Source: a virus. From it: a stretch of 64,000 nt of DNA. Below are positions 26,878 through 35,851 of this stretch, piece by piece (positions within the stretch are counted from its first letter, which is position 1; each line of letters begins with the position of its first letter). The position numbers and the translations under genes are program-made. The DNA is taken from the IMG/VR virus record IMGVR_UViG_3300030329_003387. One strand, written 5' to 3'. A model generated the notes under the pieces. That model ran no database searches. It was not told where the DNA came from and worked only from the letters and a program-made list of their open reading frames with translations.

Positions 26878-27299
26878 AGGTAAAAGGGTTTGACGGTCGC
26901 GAGCATCATTGGAGACTGAATAAATACGCAGTTTCTGGCGAGGATATTAGACCAAGATCAAACTTGCATATTTCCGCAAGAAAATTGTTGAAATCACTTT
27001 TTCCTTATGATACAATTTTGGAAGAGGTCGTCCTTCCCGGCTCAAACAAGCCGTCGAGACCATCCAAACTTTATGCTGACTTTTTTATTCCAGCCTACAA
27101 TCTTGTCGTGGAAGTTCACGGAAGGCAGCACTTTGAGTTCGTGAGTTTTTTCCATAAGAATAAAGCGGACTTTCTAAAATCTAAAAGCAGGGATAAAGAC
27201 AAACAGAGATGGTGCGAACTTAATTCTATAGAATTCGTATCATTAAAATTTTCGGAAGGTGAAGATGAGTGGAGAGAAACAATACTCGAAAAACTTTGA
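26874..27299 (+). CDS. Vsr/DUF559-like endonuclease
   Basis: ADFFIP, VVEVHGRQH, RDKDKQRWC. Confidence 0.75.
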   Translation: MKVKGFDGREHHWRLNKYAVSGEDIRPRSNLHISARKLLKSLFPYDTILEEVVLPGSNKPSRPSKLYADFFIPAYNLVVEVHGRQHFEFVSFFHKNKADFLKSKSRDKDKQRWCELNSIEFVSLKFSEGEDEWRETILEKL

Positions 27300-27744
27300 G
27301 CTTGACGGCCTTATACAATCTCTAAACGAATACAGTGATCTAAAAGGCATAATAACCGCAAAAATACATCCAGAGGTTGAAGAAATCATAAACCTTACAG
27401 AAGACGATCTTAAGAAACTAAAACCTGAAGAGTGTCTACGCAAGGCTTTTTTATTATCTGGATATTGCGGCTATGTGCAGAAAATAGAAAACAAACACAA
27501 AGTAAAACTAAACTGGTGCAATGACATCCTTTACAGAATGACAGTAGAGCATGACCACCTGTTTGGTAAATATATGAAATGGGAACAGAAGTTACACACG
27601 CTATCAATTAATGACGACTTTGCTGAATCCGTTATGAAAGCAAAAAGCACAGCAGAAAATAACATTACTTGGATAGATAATAAAGTTAGAGATATGCGTA
27701 GACAAGTAGACGCATTAATGGAACTTGGAAGGAGAAGGTATTAA
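27265..27744 (+). CDS. Helical hypothetical protein (possible recombination mediator)
   Basis: Coiled-coil character; located between recA and dnaB. Confidence 0.5.
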   Translation: MSGEKQYSKNFELDGLIQSLNEYSDLKGIITAKIHPEVEEIINLTEDDLKKLKPEECLRKAFLLSGYCGYVQKIENKHKVKLNWCNDILYRMTVEHDHLFGKYMKWEQKLHTLSINDDFAESVMKAKSTAENNITWIDNKVRDMRRQVDALMELGRRRY

Positions 27745-28193
27745 TGACCCCTCTAGAACTTATCAAAGAAGGAATTTTGAACGATGATATGGAGCAAGTT
27801 ATTCTGGGCTACAAAAGCCTCACGGGAGAATCAGTCTCAAGAGGATCAGGAGAAGAGCCAGAGCCAGAAGACGGACAAGTGCAAGAAGCATCAGTGCAAG
27901 AAAATGTGCGGGAAGAAAAATCAAAAGACTTAGACTTTTCAATAAAGAGGTCTAAAACTGACAGTAACGCTAAGTATGCAAAAGCAGAATCAATCAAAGT
28001 TGGTGAGAATCAGTTTGTTGACGATGGCCTTGAAGCGTCGGAAGTAAAGACTCCAGAAGTCAAAAGAACAACAAGACGGCCTCCGGTTGATTTGATAGAT
28101 GTTACTTGCCATGTCTGCGGAAAGACAGAACAAATAAACCCTCAACTTAAAAGTGGAGAATTCTACAGATGCTCAAGATGTATTGGAGGGTAA
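27744..28193 (+). CDS. Hypothetical protein with C-terminal zinc ribbon
   Basis: CHVC...CSRC. Confidence 0.7.
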   Translation: MTPLELIKEGILNDDMEQVILGYKSLTGESVSRGSGEEPEPEDGQVQEASVQENVREEKSKDLDFSIKRSKTDSNAKYAKAESIKVGENQFVDDGLEASEVKTPEVKRTTRRPPVDLIDVTCHVCGKTEQINPQLKSGEFYRCSRCIGG

Positions 28194-28196
28194 CAA

Positions 28197-29654
28197 ATGG
28201 AAGAACAAATTTCAAATCCAGCGTCCGAAAGGGTTGTTTTATCGGGCATAATTAAACATGGATCAGAGGCTTTTATAGACGTTGACGACATAATAGATGT
28301 AAGCACGTTTACTTTAGAGCAAAATCAAATTATTTATGCTTGCCTAAAAAAGACATTAGAAAATAGCTCTAGTATAGATCTTCCGTCCGTCTTGAGTGCG
28401 GCTGAAGATTTAGGAATGACAGACTCTTTCAAAGACAGGGTTCCTCCTAATCATATCCAAGGATTAATGAACTTCGATGTTCAACTTGAAAATGTTAGGA
28501 CTCACGCAAAGAAACTAAAAAAACTCGAAATAGCCAGAGATGTCAGGCTCAGAGCAAAAAGAGTTATAAAAGACATAAATGATGTCACAGGGGATGAGTC
28601 TGTTGACACTATCATATCAATCGGTGAGTCTCCTTTTTTTGAACTATCTTCGACTCTCAACAACTCCGTAGAGGATAGACCGATAACTCTTGGGGACGAA
28701 GTTTCTAATTATATACAGCACTTAGAAGAAAACCCCTGCGATATGCTGGGTTTGAGTAGCGGCTTCGCAAGATTTGACGCAGCTATTGGTGGTGGTTTTC
28801 GACGTAAATGTGTGGATCTGATAGCTGCTCGTCCTAAAACAGGAAAGAGTATGCTGGCAGACAATGTAGCCGCTCACATAGCTACTGAATTAAAAGTTCC
28901 TGTTTTGATATTAGATACGGAAATGTCAAGAGAGGATCATTTCAACAGACTTCTAGCAAGATTCAGTGGGATAAACATCAACGATATTTCCACTGGAAAG
29001 TTCACAAAGATGGTGAATGGCAAAGAAAGAATTGCTCAGGCCGCAGAAAAAATCAAAGATGTTCCGTTTGATTATATCACTATAGCTGGGAAGCCTTTTG
29101 AAGAAACACTTTCGATTATCAGGAGATGGATTGTCAAACGTGTCGGCTTCGACGAAAACGGAAGAACAAATGATTGCATGGTCATATACGACTATCTAAA
29201 ACTTATGGCATCTAATGAAATTAATGACAGCATGAAAGAGTTTCAGGTGCTAGGATTTCAAATAACAAAGCTACACAACTTGACTGTTGAGTATGACTTT
29301 CCTTGCCTGAGCTTTGTTCAGCTGAACAGAGATGGAATTACAAAAGAATCTACTGATGTTGTTAGTGGTTCTGACAGATTGATTTGGCTCTGTAGTAGTT
29401 TCACTATTTTCAAAACAAAATCTGACGAAGAAATGGCTGAAGACAACGGAGCTACAGGTAATAGAAAACTAATTCCAATCGTTACTAGACATGGTGGTGG
29501 CTTAGATGATTACGACTATATCAATATTGATATGAAAGGTGAGATTGGAACTGTTGAAGAAATGATGACTAAATCAGAAGCTTTAAAAGGGACTCAATTA
29601 CAACGAGAGGGATTCGTAATTGAAGACGGTGGAGAAGCGGAGAGGCCATTCTAA
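28197..29654 (+). CDS. dnaB: Replicative DNA helicase
   Basis: AARPKTGKS, DTEM, IYDYLKL, VQLNR. Confidence 0.93.
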   Translation: MEEQISNPASERVVLSGIIKHGSEAFIDVDDIIDVSTFTLEQNQIIYACLKKTLENSSSIDLPSVLSAAEDLGMTDSFKDRVPPNHIQGLMNFDVQLENVRTHAKKLKKLEIARDVRLRAKRVIKDINDVTGDESVDTIISIGESPFFELSSTLNNSVEDRPITLGDEVSNYIQHLEENPCDMLGLSSGFARFDAAIGGGFRRKCVDLIAARPKTGKSMLADNVAAHIATELKVPVLILDTEMSREDHFNRLLARFSGININDISTGKFTKMVNGKERIAQAAEKIKDVPFDYITIAGKPFEETLSIIRRWIVKRVGFDENGRTNDCMVIYDYLKLMASNEINDSMKEFQVLGFQITKLHNLTVEYDFPCLSFVQLNRDGITKESTDVVSGSDRLIWLCSSFTIFKTKSDEEMAEDNGATGNRKLIPIVTRHGGGLDDYDYINIDMKGEIGTVEEMMTKSEALKGTQLQREGFVIEDGGEAERPF

Positions 29655-30697
29655 TGTTTCAAACAAAAGAAGACAGGATTGCTTTGGCAGATTTAATGTC
29701 TGACAATATAGGTGATCTTTTAGATTTTTTAGAAATAGACTACACAGACAATGGCGATTACTACGCCTTTGTCTGTCCCATACACGAAGGTGCTGACAAT
29801 CCACACGGATGCACGATGACCGTGTTTGGCGAGTGGAAAGGCGCTTGGAAGTGTTGGACTAGAGGTTGCGAAAAACAGCACACTCATTCAATACTCGGAT
29901 TTGTTAGAGCTGTACTTAGCGCAAGAAAAGACAAAGAAGTTTCATTCAATGAAGCTATCAATTTTTGCAAGGACTTTCTTAACGTAACCGGAAGTGACAT
30001 CAAGGATAGAGCAAAAGATATACCGGCTATACTACAAAAGTACCAACAAAAAACAAAGCAGAAAAAACAGAAAATACTAAACATACCTAGAGAAGAAATT
30101 AGGAAAAGTCTAAAGATACCTTCCAAGTATTACATCAATAGGGGTTATACTAAAGAGGTGTTGGATAAGTTCGACGTTGGAAACTGCGATTCAAAAGGCA
30201 AACAGATGAACGGCAGAATTGTAGCTCCCGTTTACGACGAAAACTTTGAATATGTTGGTTGCGTAGGAAGAACTACAAAAGAAGATCATAACGGCTATAA
30301 GTGGATAAATTCTAAATACTTCAACTCAGGCTCTCACTTATACGGTTACTGGCTAGCCAAAGAAAAGATAAGAGAAAAGAAAACGATTGTTTTGGTAGAA
30401 GGTCAGGGTGACGTATGGAGGCTTCACGAAGCAGGGATAGAAAACTGCGTAGGTATATTTGGGTCTTCACTCAGTGATACACAGTCTAGAATCATACAAA
30501 CTTCTGGAGCCTTTAATGTTGTTATATTGACAGATAACGACGAAGGTGGTGAAAAAGCTAGAAGATCAATTAAAGAAAAATGCGGAACTCTTTTTAACAT
30601 TGTCGAACCAAAGTTTTCTGCTAAAGATATTGGCGAGATGACCGTACAACAGATACAAAACGAAATTAAACCTCAACTGGAGGGCAAGTATGTCTAG
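29654..30697 (+). CDS. dnaG: DNA primase
   Basis: CPIH...CWTRGC zinc finger; TOPRIM VEGQGD and DNDEGG. Confidence 0.92.
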   Translation: MFQTKEDRIALADLMSDNIGDLLDFLEIDYTDNGDYYAFVCPIHEGADNPHGCTMTVFGEWKGAWKCWTRGCEKQHTHSILGFVRAVLSARKDKEVSFNEAINFCKDFLNVTGSDIKDRAKDIPAILQKYQQKTKQKKQKILNIPREEIRKSLKIPSKYYINRGYTKEVLDKFDVGNCDSKGKQMNGRIVAPVYDENFEYVGCVGRTTKEDHNGYKWINSKYFNSGSHLYGYWLAKEKIREKKTIVLVEGQGDVWRLHEAGIENCVGIFGSSLSDTQSRIIQTSGAFNVVILTDNDEGGEKARRSIKEKCGTLFNIVEPKFSAKDIGEMTVQQIQNEIKPQLEGKYV

Positions 30698-31487
30698 GAT
30701 AATTGGATTCTCTGGAGCAAAGCAAAGCGGTAAAACCACATCAACAAACTTCCTTTACGGATACCAACTTAGGGTAAATGATGTAATTGAGAAGTTTATG
30801 ATGAACCAAGACACTGGCGAACTTCTTGTTAACACAATAACAATTAATGAGAAGGGCGAGGAAGAAGAGGGATTGGGCATTCTCGACATTGAGAGAAGAG
30901 ATCCCGAATTTGTAGAATACGCAGCACAAGAAATTTGGCCTTATGTGAGATCGTTTAGTTTTGCCGACCCCCTCAAGATAATAGCGATACAACTATTCGG
31001 CCTGTCAGAAGAGCAGTGTTTCGGAACAGACGAAGATAAGAATTCACTTACGGATATTAGAATTCAAGACATGTCTAGGTTAATTTCTGGCCCAGATCAA
31101 ACGGAGCTTGTGAAGATATCAGAAGCAGAAGCTCATCTTACAGCAAGAGAATTTTTACAATACTTTGGAACAGATATATGCAGAAGACTCAAATCGGACA
31201 TATGGGTTCGCAGTTGTGTAAACAGAATAAAACAAAGCGGAACTGAACTAGCAATTGTTCCAGATATACGTTTCCCAAACGAAGTTAAAGCTATACGCAA
31301 AGCTGGAGGTAAGGTCATAAGACTGACAAGAAAGCCTCACGAAGATAGTCACGACAGTGAAACAGCTCTAGATGGCTTTAAAAAGTTTGATCATGTTATT
31401 GACAACCAAAACATGACGATTGACGAAACTAATAGAGCATTGTTAGAAATTATAAAGGAATGGGGATGGATAACTCCAAAGGCTTAA
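30690..31487 (+). CDS. Deoxynucleoside monophosphate kinase
   Basis: GAKQSGKTT, SFADPLK, REFLQYFGTD, DIRFPNE, HDSE. Confidence 0.9.
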   Translation: MSRIIGFSGAKQSGKTTSTNFLYGYQLRVNDVIEKFMMNQDTGELLVNTITINEKGEEEEGLGILDIERRDPEFVEYAAQEIWPYVRSFSFADPLKIIAIQLFGLSEEQCFGTDEDKNSLTDIRIQDMSRLISGPDQTELVKISEAEAHLTAREFLQYFGTDICRRLKSDIWVRSCVNRIKQSGTELAIVPDIRFPNEVKAIRKAGGKVIRLTRKPHEDSHDSETALDGFKKFDHVIDNQNMTIDETNRALLEIIKEWGWITPKA

Positions 31488-32023
31488 TCGTAGAAATTCC
31501 GTTTACACAGGATATGGTCAACTCTGCTAAAACTAAGGCTAAGCAGATGGGATCAATTAAGAATTCAATACTCAAGGGTAAAGGTAACTTTGCTGGATTT
31601 CTTGGGGAAGAAGCCGTCGCTGCGTACATCAGTGCGGATATTATTAGTTTTGAAGAGGGAGATGCCAAATACGGGCATGATATCCTCAAAAATGACAGAA
31701 GGATTGAAGTAAAGACTAAAAGGCGCACAGTCGCTCCAAAGCCTTTCTATGACGTTTCAGTCGCTGCTACAAGCAAGCACCAAGCGGACAAGAGAGGGTT
31801 AGATCTTTACATTTTTGCGAGCATACAGTTTGATGGTCACACGCCGAAGAGGATATGGATCATCGGACAAAAAGACAGGGATCAATATTTCAAACAGGCT
31901 AGGTTTATCAAAAAAGGAGAGAGTGAAGGCAACAATGGTTTTCGCGCTCATACTGACATGTACAATTTGATAACTACAGAATTAGATGGTTTAGATGATA
32001 GTTTGCTACCACAGAAGCAGTAG
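31460..32023 (+). CDS. PD-(D/E)XK nuclease-like protein
   Basis: GEEAV, HDI, IEVKT. Confidence 0.65.
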   Translation: MGMDNSKGLIVEIPFTQDMVNSAKTKAKQMGSIKNSILKGKGNFAGFLGEEAVAAYISADIISFEEGDAKYGHDILKNDRRIEVKTKRRTVAPKPFYDVSVAATSKHQADKRGLDLYIFASIQFDGHTPKRIWIIGQKDRDQYFKQARFIKKGESEGNNGFRAHTDMYNLITTELDGLDDSLLPQKQ

Positions 32024-33014
32024 TTTAGGAACTCTGGAGTTCTGCGAACAAAAGTATTTTCTCCAGTACAATCTATCCTACAAGGACAAGACGAACAAAA
32101 AAGCTCTCATGGGTACTATTACCCATAAGGTTATGCAGATACTTGGAGACAAGTCACTGGCTGTTGCCAAAGGTGAAGACAAGGTCGTTGATGACGAGCT
32201 TGGTACTTTTACACTGAAGCAATGTGACGATCTATCGTATGTAAATGACTTGGCTTTTGACTATTATGTCAACAATTTTCCAGAGGTTGTCCTTACGGAC
32301 TCTGAAAAACGAACCTGCTTAAAATGGGCTGAGAAAGCCGTGGCCTATCAGGATGGAATGTTTGATCCTAGAAATCAAGATGTATTTGCGACAGAGCTTT
32401 TCTTCGACATTGAAATACAGGAAAACTGGGCAAAGTACAACTACAGGGTAGGTAAAGAAAATGTCAAAGGCAACTTGGCTATAAAGGGAACCGTTGACTT
32501 AATCGTAAAACAGGGCGAAAACTATTACGAGATACTAGATTATAAAACCGGCAAGAGAATTAACTGGGCTACTGGAGAAGAGAAGACTTTAGAGAAGCTA
32601 CAAAAAGACACTCAGCTCCTCCTGTATTACTACGCCCTAAAAAACATGTACCCAGAAGCAGAGTTTTCTGTAAGCATTTTTTATATTAACGCTGGTGGTG
32701 TTTTCTCAATGGTCTTTGACGAAGACGACTACAAAAAAGCAGAAAACATATTGAGACAAAAATTTGAGAAAATTAAGAGAAGTCAAAATCCAAAACTCTT
32801 ATCTAACGAAAACTCACATTGGAAGTGCCGCAAGCTCTGTAAGTTTAGCCAACCTTACAAAGAAGGTTCAAAGAAAAGTGTGTGTCAGCATATTAGAGAT
32901 GAAATAAGAAAAGACGGAATCTTAAAAGTTGTTGAAAAATACGGAGATGTCAACAAGCTGTCAGCATACGGAGATGGCGGCGGTAGACTCGCAGAAGATA
33001 CTAAGAAAAAATGA
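31995..33014 (+). CDS. Cas4/AddB-like PD-(D/E)XK exonuclease
   Basis: N-terminal C, GTVDL, DYKTG, QLLLY and C-terminal Cys cluster CRKLC...C. Confidence 0.85.
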   Translation: MIVCYHRSSSLGTLEFCEQKYFLQYNLSYKDKTNKKALMGTITHKVMQILGDKSLAVAKGEDKVVDDELGTFTLKQCDDLSYVNDLAFDYYVNNFPEVVLTDSEKRTCLKWAEKAVAYQDGMFDPRNQDVFATELFFDIEIQENWAKYNYRVGKENVKGNLAIKGTVDLIVKQGENYYEILDYKTGKRINWATGEEKTLEKLQKDTQLLLYYYALKNMYPEAEFSVSIFYINAGGVFSMVFDEDDYKKAENILRQKFEKIKRSQNPKLLSNENSHWKCRKLCKFSQPYKEGSKKSVCQHIRDEIRKDGILKVVEKYGDVNKLSAYGDGGGRLAEDTKKK

Positions 33015-34918
33015 ATTGGACTCCATTACATTTACACAGTCACTACAGCCTACTTGATGGCCTGTCTAGGCCGCAACAGATCGCAAGCAGGTGTGCAGAC
33101 TTGGGATTTAGCTCTTGCGCACTGACAGATCACGGAACCGTGTCTGGAGCTGTCTCTTTCACTAAGGCTTGTAAAGCAAAAAATATCAAACCTGTGTTAG
33201 GCTGTGAGTTCTATCTCAGTCAAGACGACGCAACGGTAAAAGAAACATCAAACAGAACCCTGAGTCATCTTGTAGTGCTGGCAAAGAACAAGACTGGCTG
33301 GGGAAAATTGATCGAGGCTGTATCTCGCAGTAACGATGAAGATGTTTATTATTACAAGCCGCGATTAGACTTAGATTTGCTCGGTCAATATGCTAACGGA
33401 GACCTTTTGGCTTTTAGTGGGCATTTAGGCAGCGACATGGCTAACGCGATTTTTACAGACTATAAAGCTGCGTATGGTCAAGAAACAGAGGCTGGAGTTA
33501 AGAAGTATATAGACCCAAGCTGGGTTGAGAAAGTCACAAAAGTCGCATACAAATATATGGATATATTTGGTAAAGAAAACTTTCTAATCGAAGTGCAGTG
33601 TATAGACCAAGATAACTCTCCAGCAGCAAAGCTTGTAGCGCAAGGGATGCGCTATATCGCTAAAACATTAAAGATACCCTCGATAGCGACCTCAGACTCA
33701 CACTATCCAGAAAAGAAGGATTCACCAGACCACCTACTACTTTTGTGTTCTGCGATGAAAACAACTCTTAGAAAGATAAAAAGCAAGTTAGATAACAATG
33801 AGGACGTTGGTTTCTCTGGGTTTATGAAGTCTAACAACTTCCACATCCCAACTTTACAAGAGATGAAGGCAATACATACAGAAGCTGAATTGCAGAATAC
33901 CATGCATGTGGCCGACATGTGTGAAAGCTATGACATTCTTGGTCAGCCAATGTTGCCTAAGTTTAAATGCCCAGAAGACATGGCGGAAGAGGCTTACCTA
34001 AAACATTTATGCAGAGAGGGATGGAAAAATTTCCTCATGCCAAGTGGTAAGATAAACACAAAAACATCTGAAGATATATATGCCGACAGAATAAAAAAAG
34101 AACTTAAAGTCATAAGTGATGCAAACCTGTCTGGATACTTTCTGATAGTAAGAGATATAGTTAACAATATTAGATCAAACTCTTGGATTCCCGGACCCGG
34201 AAGAGGTTCTGCTGCTGGATGCTTGGTTTCTTATTTGGTGGGCATAACACAGGTTGATCCCATTGAGTATGGATTAATCTTTGAAAGATTTTATAACGCC
34301 GGAAGAAATACAGAAGATCACATATCACTTCCAGATATTGACATAGATGTACCGGCATCCAGAAGGGACGACACCATAGACTATATAAGAGACAAGTATG
34401 GACATTCAAAAGTAAGTCAAATGGTTACATTTGGAAGACTTCAAGGGCGAAGCGCACTTAAAGAAGTTCTACGTATGAATGAGGCTTGCGGTTATGACGA
34501 AATGAATGTCATAACAAAAAGTCTACCACCCGAACATGAAATATCTGACCAACTAGCGGACATGGACGATCCATCAGTAATACGGTGGACTTTGATAAAT
34601 CAGCCGGAAGTCTTGAGAGAGTATTGCAGGATGAATGACGAAGGCGAGCTAGAGGGCGACTATGCAAAATTGTTTGAACAAGCAATGCGCATTGAAGGTA
34701 CATTCAAGTCTCAGGGTAAGCACGCAGCTGGAGTTGTAATTTCCTCCAATAATTTGAACGAGGTATGTCCTATGGTTAGAGACAAATCTAGTTCAGAAAA
34801 AATGGCCGGTATGGAAATGAACGACCTTGAGGCTATGGGTCATGTCAAGTTTGATGTTTTAGGCATCTCACTTTTAGATAAAGTAATGGGTATTAGAGAC
34901 CAACTGGAAGAATCTTAA
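33011..34918 (+). CDS. dnaE: DNA polymerase III alpha, N-terminal part (PHP, palm, thumb)
   Basis: HLHSHYSLLDG, TDHG, GRGSAAG, PDIDID, HAAG, KFDVLG; ends about 20 aa after KFD. Confidence 0.95.
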   Translation: MNWTPLHLHSHYSLLDGLSRPQQIASRCADLGFSSCALTDHGTVSGAVSFTKACKAKNIKPVLGCEFYLSQDDATVKETSNRTLSHLVVLAKNKTGWGKLIEAVSRSNDEDVYYYKPRLDLDLLGQYANGDLLAFSGHLGSDMANAIFTDYKAAYGQETEAGVKKYIDPSWVEKVTKVAYKYMDIFGKENFLIEVQCIDQDNSPAAKLVAQGMRYIAKTLKIPSIATSDSHYPEKKDSPDHLLLLCSAMKTTLRKIKSKLDNNEDVGFSGFMKSNNFHIPTLQEMKAIHTEAELQNTMHVADMCESYDILGQPMLPKFKCPEDMAEEAYLKHLCREGWKNFLMPSGKINTKTSEDIYADRIKKELKVISDANLSGYFLIVRDIVNNIRSNSWIPGPGRGSAAGCLVSYLVGITQVDPIEYGLIFERFYNAGRNTEDHISLPDIDIDVPASRRDDTIDYIRDKYGHSKVSQMVTFGRLQGRSALKEVLRMNEACGYDEMNVITKSLPPEHEISDQLADMDDPSVIRWTLINQPEVLREYCRMNDEGELEGDYAKLFEQAMRIEGTFKSQGKHAAGVVISSNNLNEVCPMVRDKSSSEKMAGMEMNDLEAMGHVKFDVLGISLLDKVMGIRDQLEES

Positions 34919-34919
34919 T

Positions 34920-35171
34920 ATGAGTAGACAATTTATAAAAGATAGGATTGAGAACAAAAGATACGTTGAGTTCAAATCTCTGTCGATATGCAAAATAAAT
35001 GATTTTTATGACAGGATGGTACAAAAAGATATGTATCAAGTTCACTGCTCCAACCCTAAATGCTTACAGCAAAAAGAATCTACATCAAAAAAAATACCAT
35101 TCAGTATGCTTTACGAAGATATTGAACAAGCGTTAAATAAATTTATTGAACTAAGGAAAAAGATAAGATGA
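34920..35171 (+). CDS. Hypothetical protein between the dnaE halves
   Basis: ORF track; ATGA overlap with the exonuclease. Confidence 0.65.
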   Translation: MSRQFIKDRIENKRYVEFKSLSICKINDFYDRMVQKDMYQVHCSNPKCLQQKESTSKKIPFSMLYEDIEQALNKFIELRKKIR

Positions 35172-35851
35172 ATTACAGAGATATTATTGTATTTGACTTT
35201 GAGACGGGTGGTAGAAACCCATATAAGTGTCAACCGACACAAATTGCCGCAGTTGCTATTCATGGGCGCAAGCTCACCGTGCAGCCCGGAGGTTATTTTA
35301 ATAGTGAAATACGACCTATTTTAGATGACGATAAGGCTATTGAGCTGGGTTTAGATCCAGTAGAGGACGAAGCTCTCGCCGTCACTAGAAAGAATAGAGA
35401 AGATTTAGCAAAAGCGCCGCAGCCAAAAGCGGTTTGGCAAAAGTTCACAAACTTTGTCAATAAGTACAACTTCAAAAAAACAAACTACTACGCTCCTATC
35501 GCTGCTGGTTACAACATAATTGGTTTCGACATGCCTATCGTTGAACGTATGTGCCAACAATATGGTCCTACGCACAACAAGTCAGGCAGGCAGGGCTTGT
35601 TTAATCCTATTCACAAGGTTGATTTAATGCATACGGTATGGATGTGGATGGAGAACAACGCAGACGTTAAATCCTTAAGTATGGATTCAATGAGAGACTT
35701 GCTTGGTATGGACAAAGAAAATGCCCATGACGCTTTACAAGACGTAAAAGACACTGCCAATCTATTAATTGCCTTCATGAAGCTTATCAGAAGGGTTTCT
35801 CCTAGCGTAAAATTTGAAAAGGCATTTGCAGATGGAAACATCCACCTTTGA
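35168..35851 (+). CDS. dnaQ: DEDDh 3'-5' exonuclease (epsilon/DnaQ-like)
   Basis: DFETGG, YNIIGFD, HDALQD. Confidence 0.88.
   Translation: MNYRDIIVFDFETGGRNPYKCQPTQIAAVAIHGRKLTVQPGGYFNSEIRPILDDDKAIELGLDPVEDEALAVTRKNREDLAKAPQPKAVWQKFTNFVNKYNFKKTNYYAPIAAGYNIIGFDMPIVERMCQQYGPTHNKSGRQGLFNPIHKVDLMHTVWMWMENNADVKSLSMDSMRDLLGMDKENAHDALQDVKDTANLLIAFMKLIRRVSPSVKFEKAFADGNIHL

Noticed and set aside
31995-33014. Cas4-like nuclease as a sign of CRISPR-Cas
   Set aside because: No repeat-spacer array or other cas genes seen; stand-alone Cas4-like exonucleases are common in phage replication modules
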